A DNA stretch of 53,768 nt from Bacteroidales bacterium (lineage in GTDB: Bacteria > Bacteroidota > Bacteroidia > Bacteroidales > VadinHA17): NCBI GenBank assembly GCA_035529055.1, contig DATKXL010000077.1, forward strand, positions 1-53,768, read 5' to 3'. Numbering within the stretch: the stretch's first letter is position 1; every line of letters starts with the position of its first letter. A program made the translations under genes and the position numbers. Shown one piece after another: positions 37,910 through 47,393 of the stretch. The notes under the pieces were generated by a model. It was not told the origin of the DNA, did no database searches, and worked only from the letters and a program-made list of their open reading frames with translations.

Positions 37910-39163
37910 ATGATATTAGCTATTTCAACAGTTGGGACCATTTTTTTCAGTATAGCCGTTTTCCTTTTGATAATACTGCTTCTTGTAACAATACTCCTTG
38001 TTGCTAAAAACAAACTTCTTCCACACGGAGACGTAAACCTTCTTATTAACAACCGTGAACTTGTTGTTTCTCCTGGTTCAAACCTTCTTGCAACTCTTTC
38101 AGGTAATGATATTTTTCTTCCTTCAGCATGCGGTGGAGGAGGTACATGCGGAATGTGCCGATGCCAGATCATGGAAGGAGGTGGTTCAATCCTGCCGACT
38201 GAAACCGGATTTTTTACACGAAGAGAGCAACTCGACCAATGGAGACTTGGCTGCCAGGTAAAAATAAGAGAAGATCTGAAGATCAAACTGCCCGAATCAG
38301 TTTTGGGTATTAAGAAATGGGAATGTGAAGTAGTCTCCAACAGAAATGTCGCCACCTTTATTAAAGAATTTGTTGTTAAACTTCCTGAGGGAGAGGAACT
38401 TAATTTTGAGCCGGGAGGATATATACAGATTGATGTTCCTAAATATGAAACAACCTTTAAGGATTTTATCGTGGATGACCATTTTAAAGGCGACTGGGAT
38501 TGTTATAAAATGTGGGATCTGAAGATTAAAAATACAGAAGAGACATTCAGAGCTTATTCAATGGCTAACTACCCTGCCGAAAAGAACCTTATTAAACTGA
38601 ATATCCGAATAGCTACACCCCCATGGGACAACGTTAAAAAGCAGTTTGTAAATGTTCCCCCCGGGATTTGTTCTTCATATATCTTTTCAAGAAAATCCGG
38701 GGATAAAGTGATGATGTCAGGACCCTATGGTGAATTTCATATTAAGAGCACAAACAGTGAAATGGTTTATATTGGCGGAGGAGCCGGTATGGCTCCGCTG
38801 AGATCACATATTTTTCATCTCTTTCACACGCTTAAAACCGACCGGAAAGTATCATACTGGTATGGTGCAAGATCTCTCAGAGAAGTATTCTATGAGGAAG
38901 AGTTCAGAGCTATTGAAAAGAAATTTCCGAATTTCAGTTTTAACCTGGCCCTGTCAGAACCTCTTACTGAAGAGAAATGGACCGGATTCAAAGGTTTTAT
39001 ACACCAGGTACTGCTTGATAATTATCTCAGCAAACATGATGAACCTGAGGATATTGAATATTACTTCTGCGGTCCCCCGATGATGAATAATGCCGTTATC
39101 AAAATGCTTGACAATCTTGGTGTACCTGCTGGAAATATCTCTTTTGACGATTTCGGTATATAA
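37910..39163 (+). CDS. nqrF: Na+-NQR subunit F (2Fe-2S ferredoxin plus FAD/NADH domains)
   Basis: N-terminal TM, CGGGGTCGMCRC 2Fe-2S motif, RAYSMANYP (FAD), GGGAGMAP (NADH). Confidence 0.93.
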   Translation: MILAISTVGTIFFSIAVFLLIILLLVTILLVAKNKLLPHGDVNLLINNRELVVSPGSNLLATLSGNDIFLPSACGGGGTCGMCRCQIMEGGGSILPTETGFFTRREQLDQWRLGCQVKIREDLKIKLPESVLGIKKWECEVVSNRNVATFIKEFVVKLPEGEELNFEPGGYIQIDVPKYETTFKDFIVDDHFKGDWDCYKMWDLKIKNTEETFRAYSMANYPAEKNLIKLNIRIATPPWDNVKKQFVNVPPGICSSYIFSRKSGDKVMMSGPYGEFHIKSTNSEMVYIGGGAGMAPLRSHIFHLFHTLKTDRKVSYWYGARSLREVFYEEEFRAIEKKFPNFSFNLALSEPLTEEKWTGFKGFIHQVLLDNYLSKHDEPEDIEYYFCGPPMMNNAVIKMLDNLGVPAGNISFDDFGI

Positions 39164-39210
39164 AACAAATAATCTCTATGTGATCATAAATAGATGAAGC
39201 TCTTGACCAG

Positions 39211-40227
39211 ATGAATAGTAGATTATTATATGGTTTTATAGTTCTGTTGGCAGCTTTTTCATCCTGTAAAGATAACAAGCCGATATATTTAAAATTCAAC
39301 GGATTTGCACAGGGCACCACTTACAGCATAGTTTACCAAAACGGAGGGGATTTATCTGCAGAAGAAATGATATCAAATGTGGAGAAGATCCTTCACGATT
39401 TTGACATGTCATTATCTCTTTATCAGGATTCCTCTGTAATTTCAAAAATAAACCGGAACGAAATAAGTGTTCCTGATGCTTATTTTACAGAAGCATTCTT
39501 TGAATCAAAGACGATTTCACAATTAACTGAAGGAGCATTTGATATAACAGTGGGCCCTCTGGTCAGAGCCTGGGGATTTGGACCTGATTCGCAGAAGAGT
39601 TTCTCAGAAGCCAGACGCGACAGCCTTTTGAATCTTGTCGGAATGGATAAGGTGGATATAAAAGATGGAATGATAATTAAGACCGATCCTCGTATAAGCC
39701 TCGATTTCAATGCAATAGCACAGGGTTACTCGGTTGATGTGATCAGCAGATATTTTGATGATCTAAAAATTGAGAGTTACCTTGTGGAGATCGGTGGTGA
39801 AGTCAGGGTCAAAGGTATGAAAGGTGATTCAATGTGGCGTATCGGTATTGACAGGCCTGTTGATAACAATATGCTGCCCGGAAATGATCTCCAGACAATT
39901 ATCAGTCTGAAAAACAGATCTTTGGCTACTTCTGGAAATTACAGGAAATTTTATATTGAGAACGGAATAAAATACTCTCATACTATTGACCCTGGAACAG
40001 GATACCCGGCCAGGAACCAGTTATTGAGTGCGACAATCATTGCTGACAGATGTGCCGAGGCTGACGGAATAGCAACGGCCTGCATGGTAATGGGAAAAGA
40101 AAAATCAGTTGAATTTCTCAATCTTCATCCGGAATTCGACGCTTACCTTATCTTTTCGGATGAGAATGGAAATTTAAGAACATGGGTCTCTGAAAAGCTG
40201 AAAAGTTATATTTCGGAACCAGAATAA
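39211..40227 (+). CDS. apbE: FAD:protein FMN transferase (ApbE lipoprotein)
   Basis: Lipobox LLAAFSSC, FDITVGPLV, AIAQGYSVD, SGNYRKF...YSHTIDP; immediately after nqrF. Confidence 0.9.
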   Translation: MNSRLLYGFIVLLAAFSSCKDNKPIYLKFNGFAQGTTYSIVYQNGGDLSAEEMISNVEKILHDFDMSLSLYQDSSVISKINRNEISVPDAYFTEAFFESKTISQLTEGAFDITVGPLVRAWGFGPDSQKSFSEARRDSLLNLVGMDKVDIKDGMIIKTDPRISLDFNAIAQGYSVDVISRYFDDLKIESYLVEIGGEVRVKGMKGDSMWRIGIDRPVDNNMLPGNDLQTIISLKNRSLATSGNYRKFYIENGIKYSHTIDPGTGYPARNQLLSATIIADRCAEADGIATACMVMGKEKSVEFLNLHPEFDAYLIFSDENGNLRTWVSEKLKSYISEPE

Positions 40228-40472
40228 AAATCAGAACCTGCTGCCCGTTGTCTGTCGCCTCCACACAAGGCACAATCTGAAAAATCAGAAATCGGATTAC
40301 AGCCAATTTCATTATGCTGAGCACATTTAATGCCCCTGTCCCTCATCGCTTTATTCCTGCTTATATGCGTTTCAGGAAATCGTCCATTTTCCTTAAAAAG
40401 CATACGGATGCTTAAGAAAGCCAGGGAAGGAATCAGTATTACAGCGCTGATTATCAGTAGTTTTACAAACAT
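40206..40472 (-). CDS. Small single-TM protein with a four-cysteine C-terminal region (hypothetical)
   Basis: 88-aa ORF filling the apbE / E1-dehydrogenase gap. N-terminal TM LLIISAVILIPSLAFLSI, then ...GIKCAQHNEIGCNPISDFSDCALCGG. Overlaps the apbE 3' end by 22 nt (convergent). Coding status unproven. Confidence 0.4.
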   Translation of the reverse strand: MFVKLLIISAVILIPSLAFLSIRMLFKENGRFPETHISRNKAMRDRGIKCAQHNEIGCNPISDFSDCALCGGDRQRAAGSDFYSGSEI

Positions 40473-40617
40473 TATACGTTAGTCTCTTAATTATTTCTTA
40501 TCTTTACATTAAATGACTAGACATCTTTTATAATAAGATGAGTCCAAATATAGTCATCATTCCTCCATTACAGATTAAACAACAAGCAGTTTAATTTGTT
40601 TAAAGTCAAACAGAACT

Positions 40618-43050
40618 ATGAATATCAAAACACACATGCAACAAACCATTAAACCATTAAACCATTATATGAATAAGGAGGACATTTTATCAGACTTCCG
40701 GCTTGCTAACCTGAGCCGCAACCTGAGCATAATTGGTCGCCGTGAAGTGCTTTCAGGCAAGGCAAAATTCGGAATCTTCGGAGACGGGAAAGAGATCATC
40801 CAGCTTGCGATGGCAAAGCAATTTAGAGATGGTGACTGGAGATCAGGCTACTACAGGGACCAGACATGGATGATGGCAATGGGTCTTTATGGTGCCGTTG
40901 AATTTTTTCATCAGCTTTACGGGAATACCGACAGGGATATAAACCCCGGAAGCGGTGGAAGGGTTTTCAATAATCATTTTTCAGTACCTAATATAAACCA
41001 GGATGGTACATGGCGTGACCTTACAAAACAAAAAAACTCTTCGTCGGACATTTCACCGACTGCCGGGCAGATGCCCAGATTGCTCGGTCTTGCTTATGCT
41101 TCAAAACTGTTCAGGCATAATAAAGATCTTCACAGGTTTGTAACTCTTTCACTGGAAGGTAATGAAGTTGCTTTTGGTTCCATAGGCGATGCAAGTACAT
41201 CTGAAGGTCATTTCTGGGAAACAATAAACGCGGCAGGCGTTCTTCAGGTACCGATGGCTGTTTCGGTCTATGACGACGGATATGGTATTTCAGTACCAAA
41301 AAAATACCAGACAACCAAAGGTAGTATTTCCGATATCCTTAAAGGCTTTGAAAATGAACCCGATAAACCTGGTATTCTGATATTCAAAGGTAAAGGATGG
41401 GATTACCCCGGACTGATGTCTCTTTATGAAAGAGGTATTGAAATATGCCGCCGTGATCAAATACCTGTCCTTTTTCATATTGAGGAAGTAACACAACCTC
41501 TGGGACACTCCACATCCGGATCGCACGAAAGATATAAAAGCGCTGAAAGATTGAAATGGGAAGAGGATTTTGATCCTGTCAGAAAAATGCGCGAATGGAT
41601 AATTGCAGAAGGAATTGCATCCCCTGATGAACTTGACAAACTGGCTGCCGAAGCTGAAGAAGAAGCAAAAGAAGCCCGGAAAAAATCGTGGGAAATGTTC
41701 CAGCATCCCATCAGGATTGAAAGGGATGCTCTTGTTAAAATCATCGACGATCGCAGCTGCACATGTGTGGAAGAAGTAAAGGAAGCATCTGTTGATGATA
41801 TTAAGGAAGATTTGAAGAGAGTGCTTACTCCCATAAGAAAAGATAACTTCATGGCTGCCCGCAAGATATTGAGAAATGTGTGCGGTACCTGCCTGAAAGC
41901 CGACAATCTTAAGGAAGAATTACAGGGATGGCTAAAACGCAATTATGAAGATGCCGGTAAAAGCTATAATACTTTCCTTTATAATGAGACCCCAACCTCA
42001 GTACTGAATGTAAAACCTGTTCCTCCGGAGTATTCTGAGAATGCTCCCGTGGTACCGGGCCGGCAGATACTCCGTGATAATTATGATAAGCTGTTTTCAA
42101 AATATCCACTGCTCGTCACTTTCGGTGAAGATACAGGCAATATCGGAGGTGTGAACCAGACACTGGAGGGAATGCAGAAGAAATTTGGTGAACTTCGGAT
42201 CACCGACACAGGCATCAGAGAGGCAACTATTCTTGGTCAGGGAATAGGATTGGCTCTCAGGGGGATGAGGCCGATTGCTGAAATCCAGTATCTCGATTAT
42301 CTTATGTATGCCCTTCAGATCCTGAGCGACGATCTGGCAACAACACATTACAGAACGGTTGGAAGAATGGTTGCCCCGTTGATTATCAGTACCCGCGGTC
42401 ACAGGCTTGAGGGAATCTGGCATTCAGGATCACCGATGAGCATGCTTATTAATTCAGTAAGAGGAGTCTATGTATGTACACCGAGGGACATGACAAGAGC
42501 TGCAGGTTTTTACAACACTCTTCTTGAAGGCCAGGATCCGGCTATTGTAATTGAACCCCTGAATGGTTACAGGCTGAAAGAGAAAATGCCTGACAACATA
42601 GGAGAATTCCGTATCCAGCTTGGAATTCCCGAGATTCTGAATCCCGGAACGGATTTAACACTTGTCACTTATGGATCGACAGTTAAGATTGCAGCAGATG
42701 CCGTAAAACAGCTTGCTGCACACGGGATATCAGTAGAATTAGTTGATGTTCAAACACTTGTTCCGTTTGATATGCCGGGAATCATCCTTGACTCAATAAG
42801 AAAAACCAGCAGAGTTCTCTTCCTTGATGAAGATGTACCCGGAGGTACGACTGCCTATATGATGCAGGAGGTTTTAGAAAAACAGGGTGGATGGAATTAC
42901 CTTGACAGCCCTCCTAAAACTCTGACTGGCAAGGAGCATCGTCCGGCTTACACTACAGACGGCGACTATTTCTCAAAACCCAGTGCAGAGGATATATTTG
43001 ATGCAGTATATTCAATGATGAAGGAGGCTGTTCCGGAAAAGTATTATTAA
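40618..43050 (+). CDS. Fused E1 alpha/beta subunit of a TPP-dependent 2-oxoacid dehydrogenase (BCKDH/PDH E1 family)
   Basis: About 810 aa. The alpha part has GSIGDASTSEGHFWETINAAGV (TPP motif region). A Glu/Lys-rich linker is followed by a transketolase-like beta part (ITDTGIREATILGQGIGLAL, IEPLNGY). Confidence 0.85.
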   Translation: MNIKTHMQQTIKPLNHYMNKEDILSDFRLANLSRNLSIIGRREVLSGKAKFGIFGDGKEIIQLAMAKQFRDGDWRSGYYRDQTWMMAMGLYGAVEFFHQLYGNTDRDINPGSGGRVFNNHFSVPNINQDGTWRDLTKQKNSSSDISPTAGQMPRLLGLAYASKLFRHNKDLHRFVTLSLEGNEVAFGSIGDASTSEGHFWETINAAGVLQVPMAVSVYDDGYGISVPKKYQTTKGSISDILKGFENEPDKPGILIFKGKGWDYPGLMSLYERGIEICRRDQIPVLFHIEEVTQPLGHSTSGSHERYKSAERLKWEEDFDPVRKMREWIIAEGIASPDELDKLAAEAEEEAKEARKKSWEMFQHPIRIERDALVKIIDDRSCTCVEEVKEASVDDIKEDLKRVLTPIRKDNFMAARKILRNVCGTCLKADNLKEELQGWLKRNYEDAGKSYNTFLYNETPTSVLNVKPVPPEYSENAPVVPGRQILRDNYDKLFSKYPLLVTFGEDTGNIGGVNQTLEGMQKKFGELRITDTGIREATILGQGIGLALRGMRPIAEIQYLDYLMYALQILSDDLATTHYRTVGRMVAPLIISTRGHRLEGIWHSGSPMSMLINSVRGVYVCTPRDMTRAAGFYNTLLEGQDPAIVIEPLNGYRLKEKMPDNIGEFRIQLGIPEILNPGTDLTLVTYGSTVKIAADAVKQLAAHGISVELVDVQTLVPFDMPGIILDSIRKTSRVLFLDEDVPGGTTAYMMQEVLEKQGGWNYLDSPPKTLTGKEHRPAYTTDGDYFSKPSAEDIFDAVYSMMKEAVPEKYY

Positions 43051-44807
43051 CTCTTAAATCCGATTATCCTGAGCAATTCTGTTGCAGCTTCCCGTGGTCC
43101 GCTGGTTTCATAACCTGCGATACCAAGCCTTGTCCGCATTTGCCCGACAAAAACATTGTTCTGGAAGAATATATTGAAATATCTTTTTGCGATCTCATCG
43201 TGCAGATCCCTGTATTCCGGCGGCCCGAAAATGTTGGCAAAATAAGAATTGACAAGACCACTTGAGGTGGTGGTACCCTTGCTCATCACAGCCCCTTCAC
43301 GGAAAACAACAAGCGCCTGTTCCACAGAATCAAATTTCTCAATTACCGGATGCTCCGGATCTATTTCCTCATAGTTGTTTGCGTAAAGCACATAATCAAT
43401 TTTATGTCCGTGTACGACCGTCTCGTACCTTGTGACAGGTATAACAATTCTTGAGTTAACCTGACTGGGATTCATGATTATTGATCTGTCGAGATGACCG
43501 TAAGCATAACCTGGCTGGAGATCATCAAGTCGAAGGAACGCACCGGTTTCCGTTCCATAGCCTATGGGACTACCTGCAGTATCCAGTTCAATTGAACCCA
43601 TATCATCGGCAATTATCAGCAGTTCACGAATATGCTTTTCCCCCAGGACACGGAAAGCTTCCAGGGTCTCAGATTTGCCTGCTCCTGTATCACCAATCAT
43701 CAATATGGTAGCCTCCTTGTTCCCCTGAAGAAGAATCTTAACCATAGCGCCATGAAAAGGCATGTTGCCTTTTTTCATAATAATTGAATTATGAAGAGTC
43801 AGTATCATCTTTTTAAGATATCCGAAATAACCGAATTCAGGTCTGTTAGGGATAGCGCCTGCAAACAGATCATTTTCCTCGTCATGAAAAAACAGAGTCG
43901 GGAATTGTCCCAACCCATCCAGCACATTGCCGGGTACCCCGTAAATGAACAGGGCATCCGGTTTTCTCTCAAGGTCAGCATCATCAGCAAGCTGAAAGAG
44001 GTTGCATAAGGATAAACCAAGTTCGAAGAACTCAAGATGAAAGTAAACCATTATTAAAAGTTTACCCACCTTTGCCGGGTAACATAACCACTCTACGGGA
44101 TTCAATTCAATTAGATCAACCGGATTTTGTCCGATCCGTATAAATTGTCCGGTACGTTTATTCATCGGTTGCTGTATCACGAGCGGAGGATAGATCAGCT
44201 CCTGGCGGATAACAGGAACAGAATTCAGCTTCCTGTATTTTTCTGCACTATAGCCAATCTCCTTGGGTAAAGATATCACTGATATCTCAGCGCCGGCAGG
44301 TACCTGACGGTAAACATTAGGGTGACTGCCTGTTATGTTCTCCTGACACCGCCTGTAAACAGTCCGGATCAGATGAGTCAATTGCTCGATTGTCTCATTA
44401 AATGTTCTGTAAGGTCTCTTATCGAGCCGATCACCCTCGGAATCATTAATAATAAACCGGTCAAAATGACGCCAATAGTCATAAAGATACTCAACGAAAT
44501 TGTTAATCAACTGAAGATCACGAAGAAATACCCTGGAGTTTTCAAAGATGTGAGGTACTACACTGTTTTCATATTTAACGAGAAGAGTAAGTGTTTTTAC
44601 CAGGTCATCGACCGCATTCTTGCTGGGTTCACTCTTTTCAAAGATCTCGAGCAGAGGAGAATTTCTCCTTTGAAGAGTTTCAATACAGTGGTCAAGAACA
44701 GACCGGAATTTTTCACTTGCCAGCAGTTCTTCTGCGGTTTCGCACATCCGTTCACGTATATTAAGAACGGCCTTGTTGCCAACAATTCGTAAAGTACTTT
44801 TTTGCAT
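43047..44807 (-). CDS. Hypothetical protein with a C-terminal HprK/PEPCK-like P-loop kinase core
   Basis: FHGAMVKILLQGNKEATILMIGDTGAGKSETLEAF....LLIIADDMGSI parallels the HPr kinase core (HG..v...G.GvLi.GdSGvGKSE.aLEL...LVADD). The N-terminal ~340 aa are unrecognised. Confidence 0.6.
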   Translation of the reverse strand: MQKSTLRIVGNKAVLNIRERMCETAEELLASEKFRSVLDHCIETLQRRNSPLLEIFEKSEPSKNAVDDLVKTLTLLVKYENSVVPHIFENSRVFLRDLQLINNFVEYLYDYWRHFDRFIINDSEGDRLDKRPYRTFNETIEQLTHLIRTVYRRCQENITGSHPNVYRQVPAGAEISVISLPKEIGYSAEKYRKLNSVPVIRQELIYPPLVIQQPMNKRTGQFIRIGQNPVDLIELNPVEWLCYPAKVGKLLIMVYFHLEFFELGLSLCNLFQLADDADLERKPDALFIYGVPGNVLDGLGQFPTLFFHDEENDLFAGAIPNRPEFGYFGYLKKMILTLHNSIIMKKGNMPFHGAMVKILLQGNKEATILMIGDTGAGKSETLEAFRVLGEKHIRELLIIADDMGSIELDTAGSPIGYGTETGAFLRLDDLQPGYAYGHLDRSIIMNPSQVNSRIVIPVTRYETVVHGHKIDYVLYANNYEEIDPEHPVIEKFDSVEQALVVFREGAVMSKGTTTSSGLVNSYFANIFGPPEYRDLHDEIAKRYFNIFFQNNVFVGQMRTRLGIAGYETSGPREAATELLRIIGFKS

Positions 44808-44946
44808 CTGGTTATTTTAAGCGGGTCAAAAATATGACATAATTTCATTGATATTAAGTTTTGGCACGATTTTTTTATATATCATTTAAATTGGTTAGTA
44901 TTTCTTGTTGTAAAAATTTGTAAATTGTAACGGATATTTTTATAGT

Positions 44947-45537
44947 ATGAAACCAGAACTTGATTTGTTTGCCATACTGCCCGAAGATAAGATCCCGGAG
45001 AAAGGAAAAATACTTATTTCAGAGCCGTTCCTTCCCGATACCTTTTTCAATCGGAGTATCGTCTATCTTACTGATCATAATCCGAAAGGTTCGGTAGGAT
45101 TTATACTTAATAAGAAGCTGGATATAAAAATAAGTGATGCTGTTGAAGGATTTAAAGGTTGGAATGAAAATCTTAACATGGGAGGACCTGTTGCTCCTGA
45201 CACGCTCCATTACCTTCACAACCTGGGACATCTGATACCTAAAAGTGTCTGGGTGGATGGAGATATTTACTGGGGTGGAGACATTGATAAGATAAGAGAG
45301 TTGATAAAATCAGGCACCGTTACCCAGAACCAGATCAGGTTTTTTCTTGGTTATTCAGGCTGGTCTCCCGGCCAGCTGGAACGGGAAATCAAAGAGAATT
45401 CATGGGTCATAGTAAAGGTCAAATCCGAAACTATAATGCACAGCCGGGGTATTGATACCTGGAAAAGGGTGCTCAAGGGCTTTAAGAACAAGTACAGGAT
45501 GTGGGCTGATTTCCCTGAATCACCGGAAATGAATTAG
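44947..45537 (+). CDS. YqgE/AlgH-family protein (UPF0301)
   Basis: LISEPFLPDTFFNRSIVYLTDHNPKGSVGFILNK and GGPV...FLGYSGWSPGQLE motifs. Confidence 0.85.
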   Translation: MKPELDLFAILPEDKIPEKGKILISEPFLPDTFFNRSIVYLTDHNPKGSVGFILNKKLDIKISDAVEGFKGWNENLNMGGPVAPDTLHYLHNLGHLIPKSVWVDGDIYWGGDIDKIRELIKSGTVTQNQIRFFLGYSGWSPGQLEREIKENSWVIVKVKSETIMHSRGIDTWKRVLKGFKNKYRMWADFPESPEMN

Positions 45538-45543
45538 AATAAT

Positions 45544-46557
45544 TTAAGAATGAAGGATCTTAAATACCAGTTCCTTCAAAAGATCCCCTGGCTCTGTCCC
45601 GGGGTCACCGAATCCTTTTGACTTCATATCATAAGTTCGTAACAAACTGATTATCTGGACTGTTCTTGATACATTATACTTCAGTGCAGATGTTTCATAA
45701 TCTTTTACAAAAAACGGATTAATCTTCAATGCTGCAGCAACATTATTTCTTGATTTATCGGTAAGATAATGATATGTAAGCAGTTTACTGAAGAAACCAA
45801 AAAGTGATGCAATTGTAAGTGTTATCGGGTTATCTTTCGGATTATTGGAAAAATAACGGATTATCATATTAGCTTTGAATGCATTTCTTTCGCCTATTGC
45901 TTTCTGCAATTCAAAATTATTAAAGTCTTTGCTGATTCCGATATTCTTTTCTATTAATGCATTTGTTATCAATGGTTTACCTGAAGGAAGGGTAATTATC
46001 AGTTTATCAAGCTCATTAACTATTTTGTGAAGATCTGTCCCAAGAAATTCCGTGAGCATTGCACTTGCGCCCGGATCGATCTTAATACCTTTTGTCATAA
46101 GGTACCTTTCAATCCATGCGGGAACCTGGTAATCACGTAATCTGACCGATTCAAAATAGACGGCCTGACTTTCAAGTGCCTTATAGAGTTTGGTCCGCTT
46201 ATCAATCGTCTTGTATTTATAATTAATTACAAGAATAGTTGATAAAAGAGGCTTCTCAATATACAGTATAAGATCTTCAATCTTCTGTAACGACTGAGCT
46301 TCCTTAATAATTACAACCTGATGGCTTGCCATCATAGGAAACCGTCGGGCAGTTTCAATAATGGCTGGGACAGAGGTATCTTCGCCATAGAAAATTAACT
46401 GGTTAAAAGGTCTTTCAGCATCCGAAAGAACCTTTTCTTCTATATAATTTGTAATCAGGTCAATATAATATGGTTCCTCGCCAGCAAGGAAATAAACAGG
46501 CTTAAAAATCCGTTTCCTGAGATCAGAGATTATCTCTTCGTAGGTGGTTCCCATCAT
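45544..46557 (-). CDS. holA: DNA polymerase III delta subunit
   Basis: About 337 aa; PVYFLAGEEPYYID N-terminus; AAA+-like clamp-loader delta layout. Confidence 0.8.
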   Translation of the reverse strand: MMGTTYEEIISDLRKRIFKPVYFLAGEEPYYIDLITNYIEEKVLSDAERPFNQLIFYGEDTSVPAIIETARRFPMMASHQVVIIKEAQSLQKIEDLILYIEKPLLSTILVINYKYKTIDKRTKLYKALESQAVYFESVRLRDYQVPAWIERYLMTKGIKIDPGASAMLTEFLGTDLHKIVNELDKLIITLPSGKPLITNALIEKNIGISKDFNNFELQKAIGERNAFKANMIIRYFSNNPKDNPITLTIASLFGFFSKLLTYHYLTDKSRNNVAAALKINPFFVKDYETSALKYNVSRTVQIISLLRTYDMKSKGFGDPGTEPGDLLKELVFKILHS

Positions 46558-47333
46558 CAGAATCTGAGGTGTTTAACAGAGATCCCATTATTCTTTATCT
46601 CACTTAGTGAATCAATGCCGATTTTCAGGTGCATTTCCACGTATTTGCCGGTTAATTTCCGATCGGTTGCTTCAGTTTTTATACCTGTGGATATCATAGG
46701 CTGGTCGGAGACAAGAAGCAGTGCCCCGGTTGGAATTTCATTTGTGAAACCAACAGTAAAAATAGTCGCTGTCTCCATATCAATGGCCATGGCACGGGTT
46801 TTTACCAGGTATTTCTTGAACCTGTCATCATATTCCCAAACTCTTCTGTTTGTTGTATATACAGTACCCGTCCAATACTCTTTCTTGTGCCTGACGATTG
46901 TGGCCGATATTGCACTCTGAAGCTTAAAAGCCGGCAATGCAGGGACCTCGAGAGGCAGATAATCATTGGAAGTACCATCGCTTCGTATGGCAGCAATTGG
47001 AAGAATAAGATCACCAAGCTTGTTTTTTTTCTTAAGCCCCCCGCATTTGCCAAGAAACAGAACTGCATTTGGACTGATCGCACTTAACAGATCCATAATT
47101 GTAGCTGCATTGGGACTGCCCATTCCGAAATTAATGATTGTTATTCCGTCGGCAGTGGCACTTGGCATGTTCTTATCTTTGCCCTCAACCTGAACATTAT
47201 GCCATTTAGCAAATAGTTCAACATAATAAATGTAATTGGTTAGCAGGAAATATTTGCCGAATGTCTCAAGACTCTTACCTGTATATCGCGGCAACCAGTT
47301 ATTAACAATATCCTCTTTGGTTTTCATAATCAT
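46557..47333 (-). CDS. amn: AMP nucleosidase, catalytic-domain-only short form (PNP_UDP_1 fold)
   Basis: WLPRYTGKSLETFGKYFLLTNYIYYVELF resembles the E. coli Amn catalytic-domain start (..HYTGT..E.FQ.FVLFTNY..YVDEF). GMGSPNAATIMDLL and AIDMETATIF are also present. TGATG 1-nt overlap with holA. Confidence 0.72.
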   Translation of the reverse strand: MIMKTKEDIVNNWLPRYTGKSLETFGKYFLLTNYIYYVELFAKWHNVQVEGKDKNMPSATADGITIINFGMGSPNAATIMDLLSAISPNAVLFLGKCGGLKKKNKLGDLILPIAAIRSDGTSNDYLPLEVPALPAFKLQSAISATIVRHKKEYWTGTVYTTNRRVWEYDDRFKKYLVKTRAMAIDMETATIFTVGFTNEIPTGALLLVSDQPMISTGIKTEATDRKLTGKYVEMHLKIGIDSLSEIKNNGISVKHLRF

Positions 47334-47393
47334 CCGACTCTGAAATTATCTCAATATATTTGTATTTAATGGATTCAAAAGTACAAAACTAAG

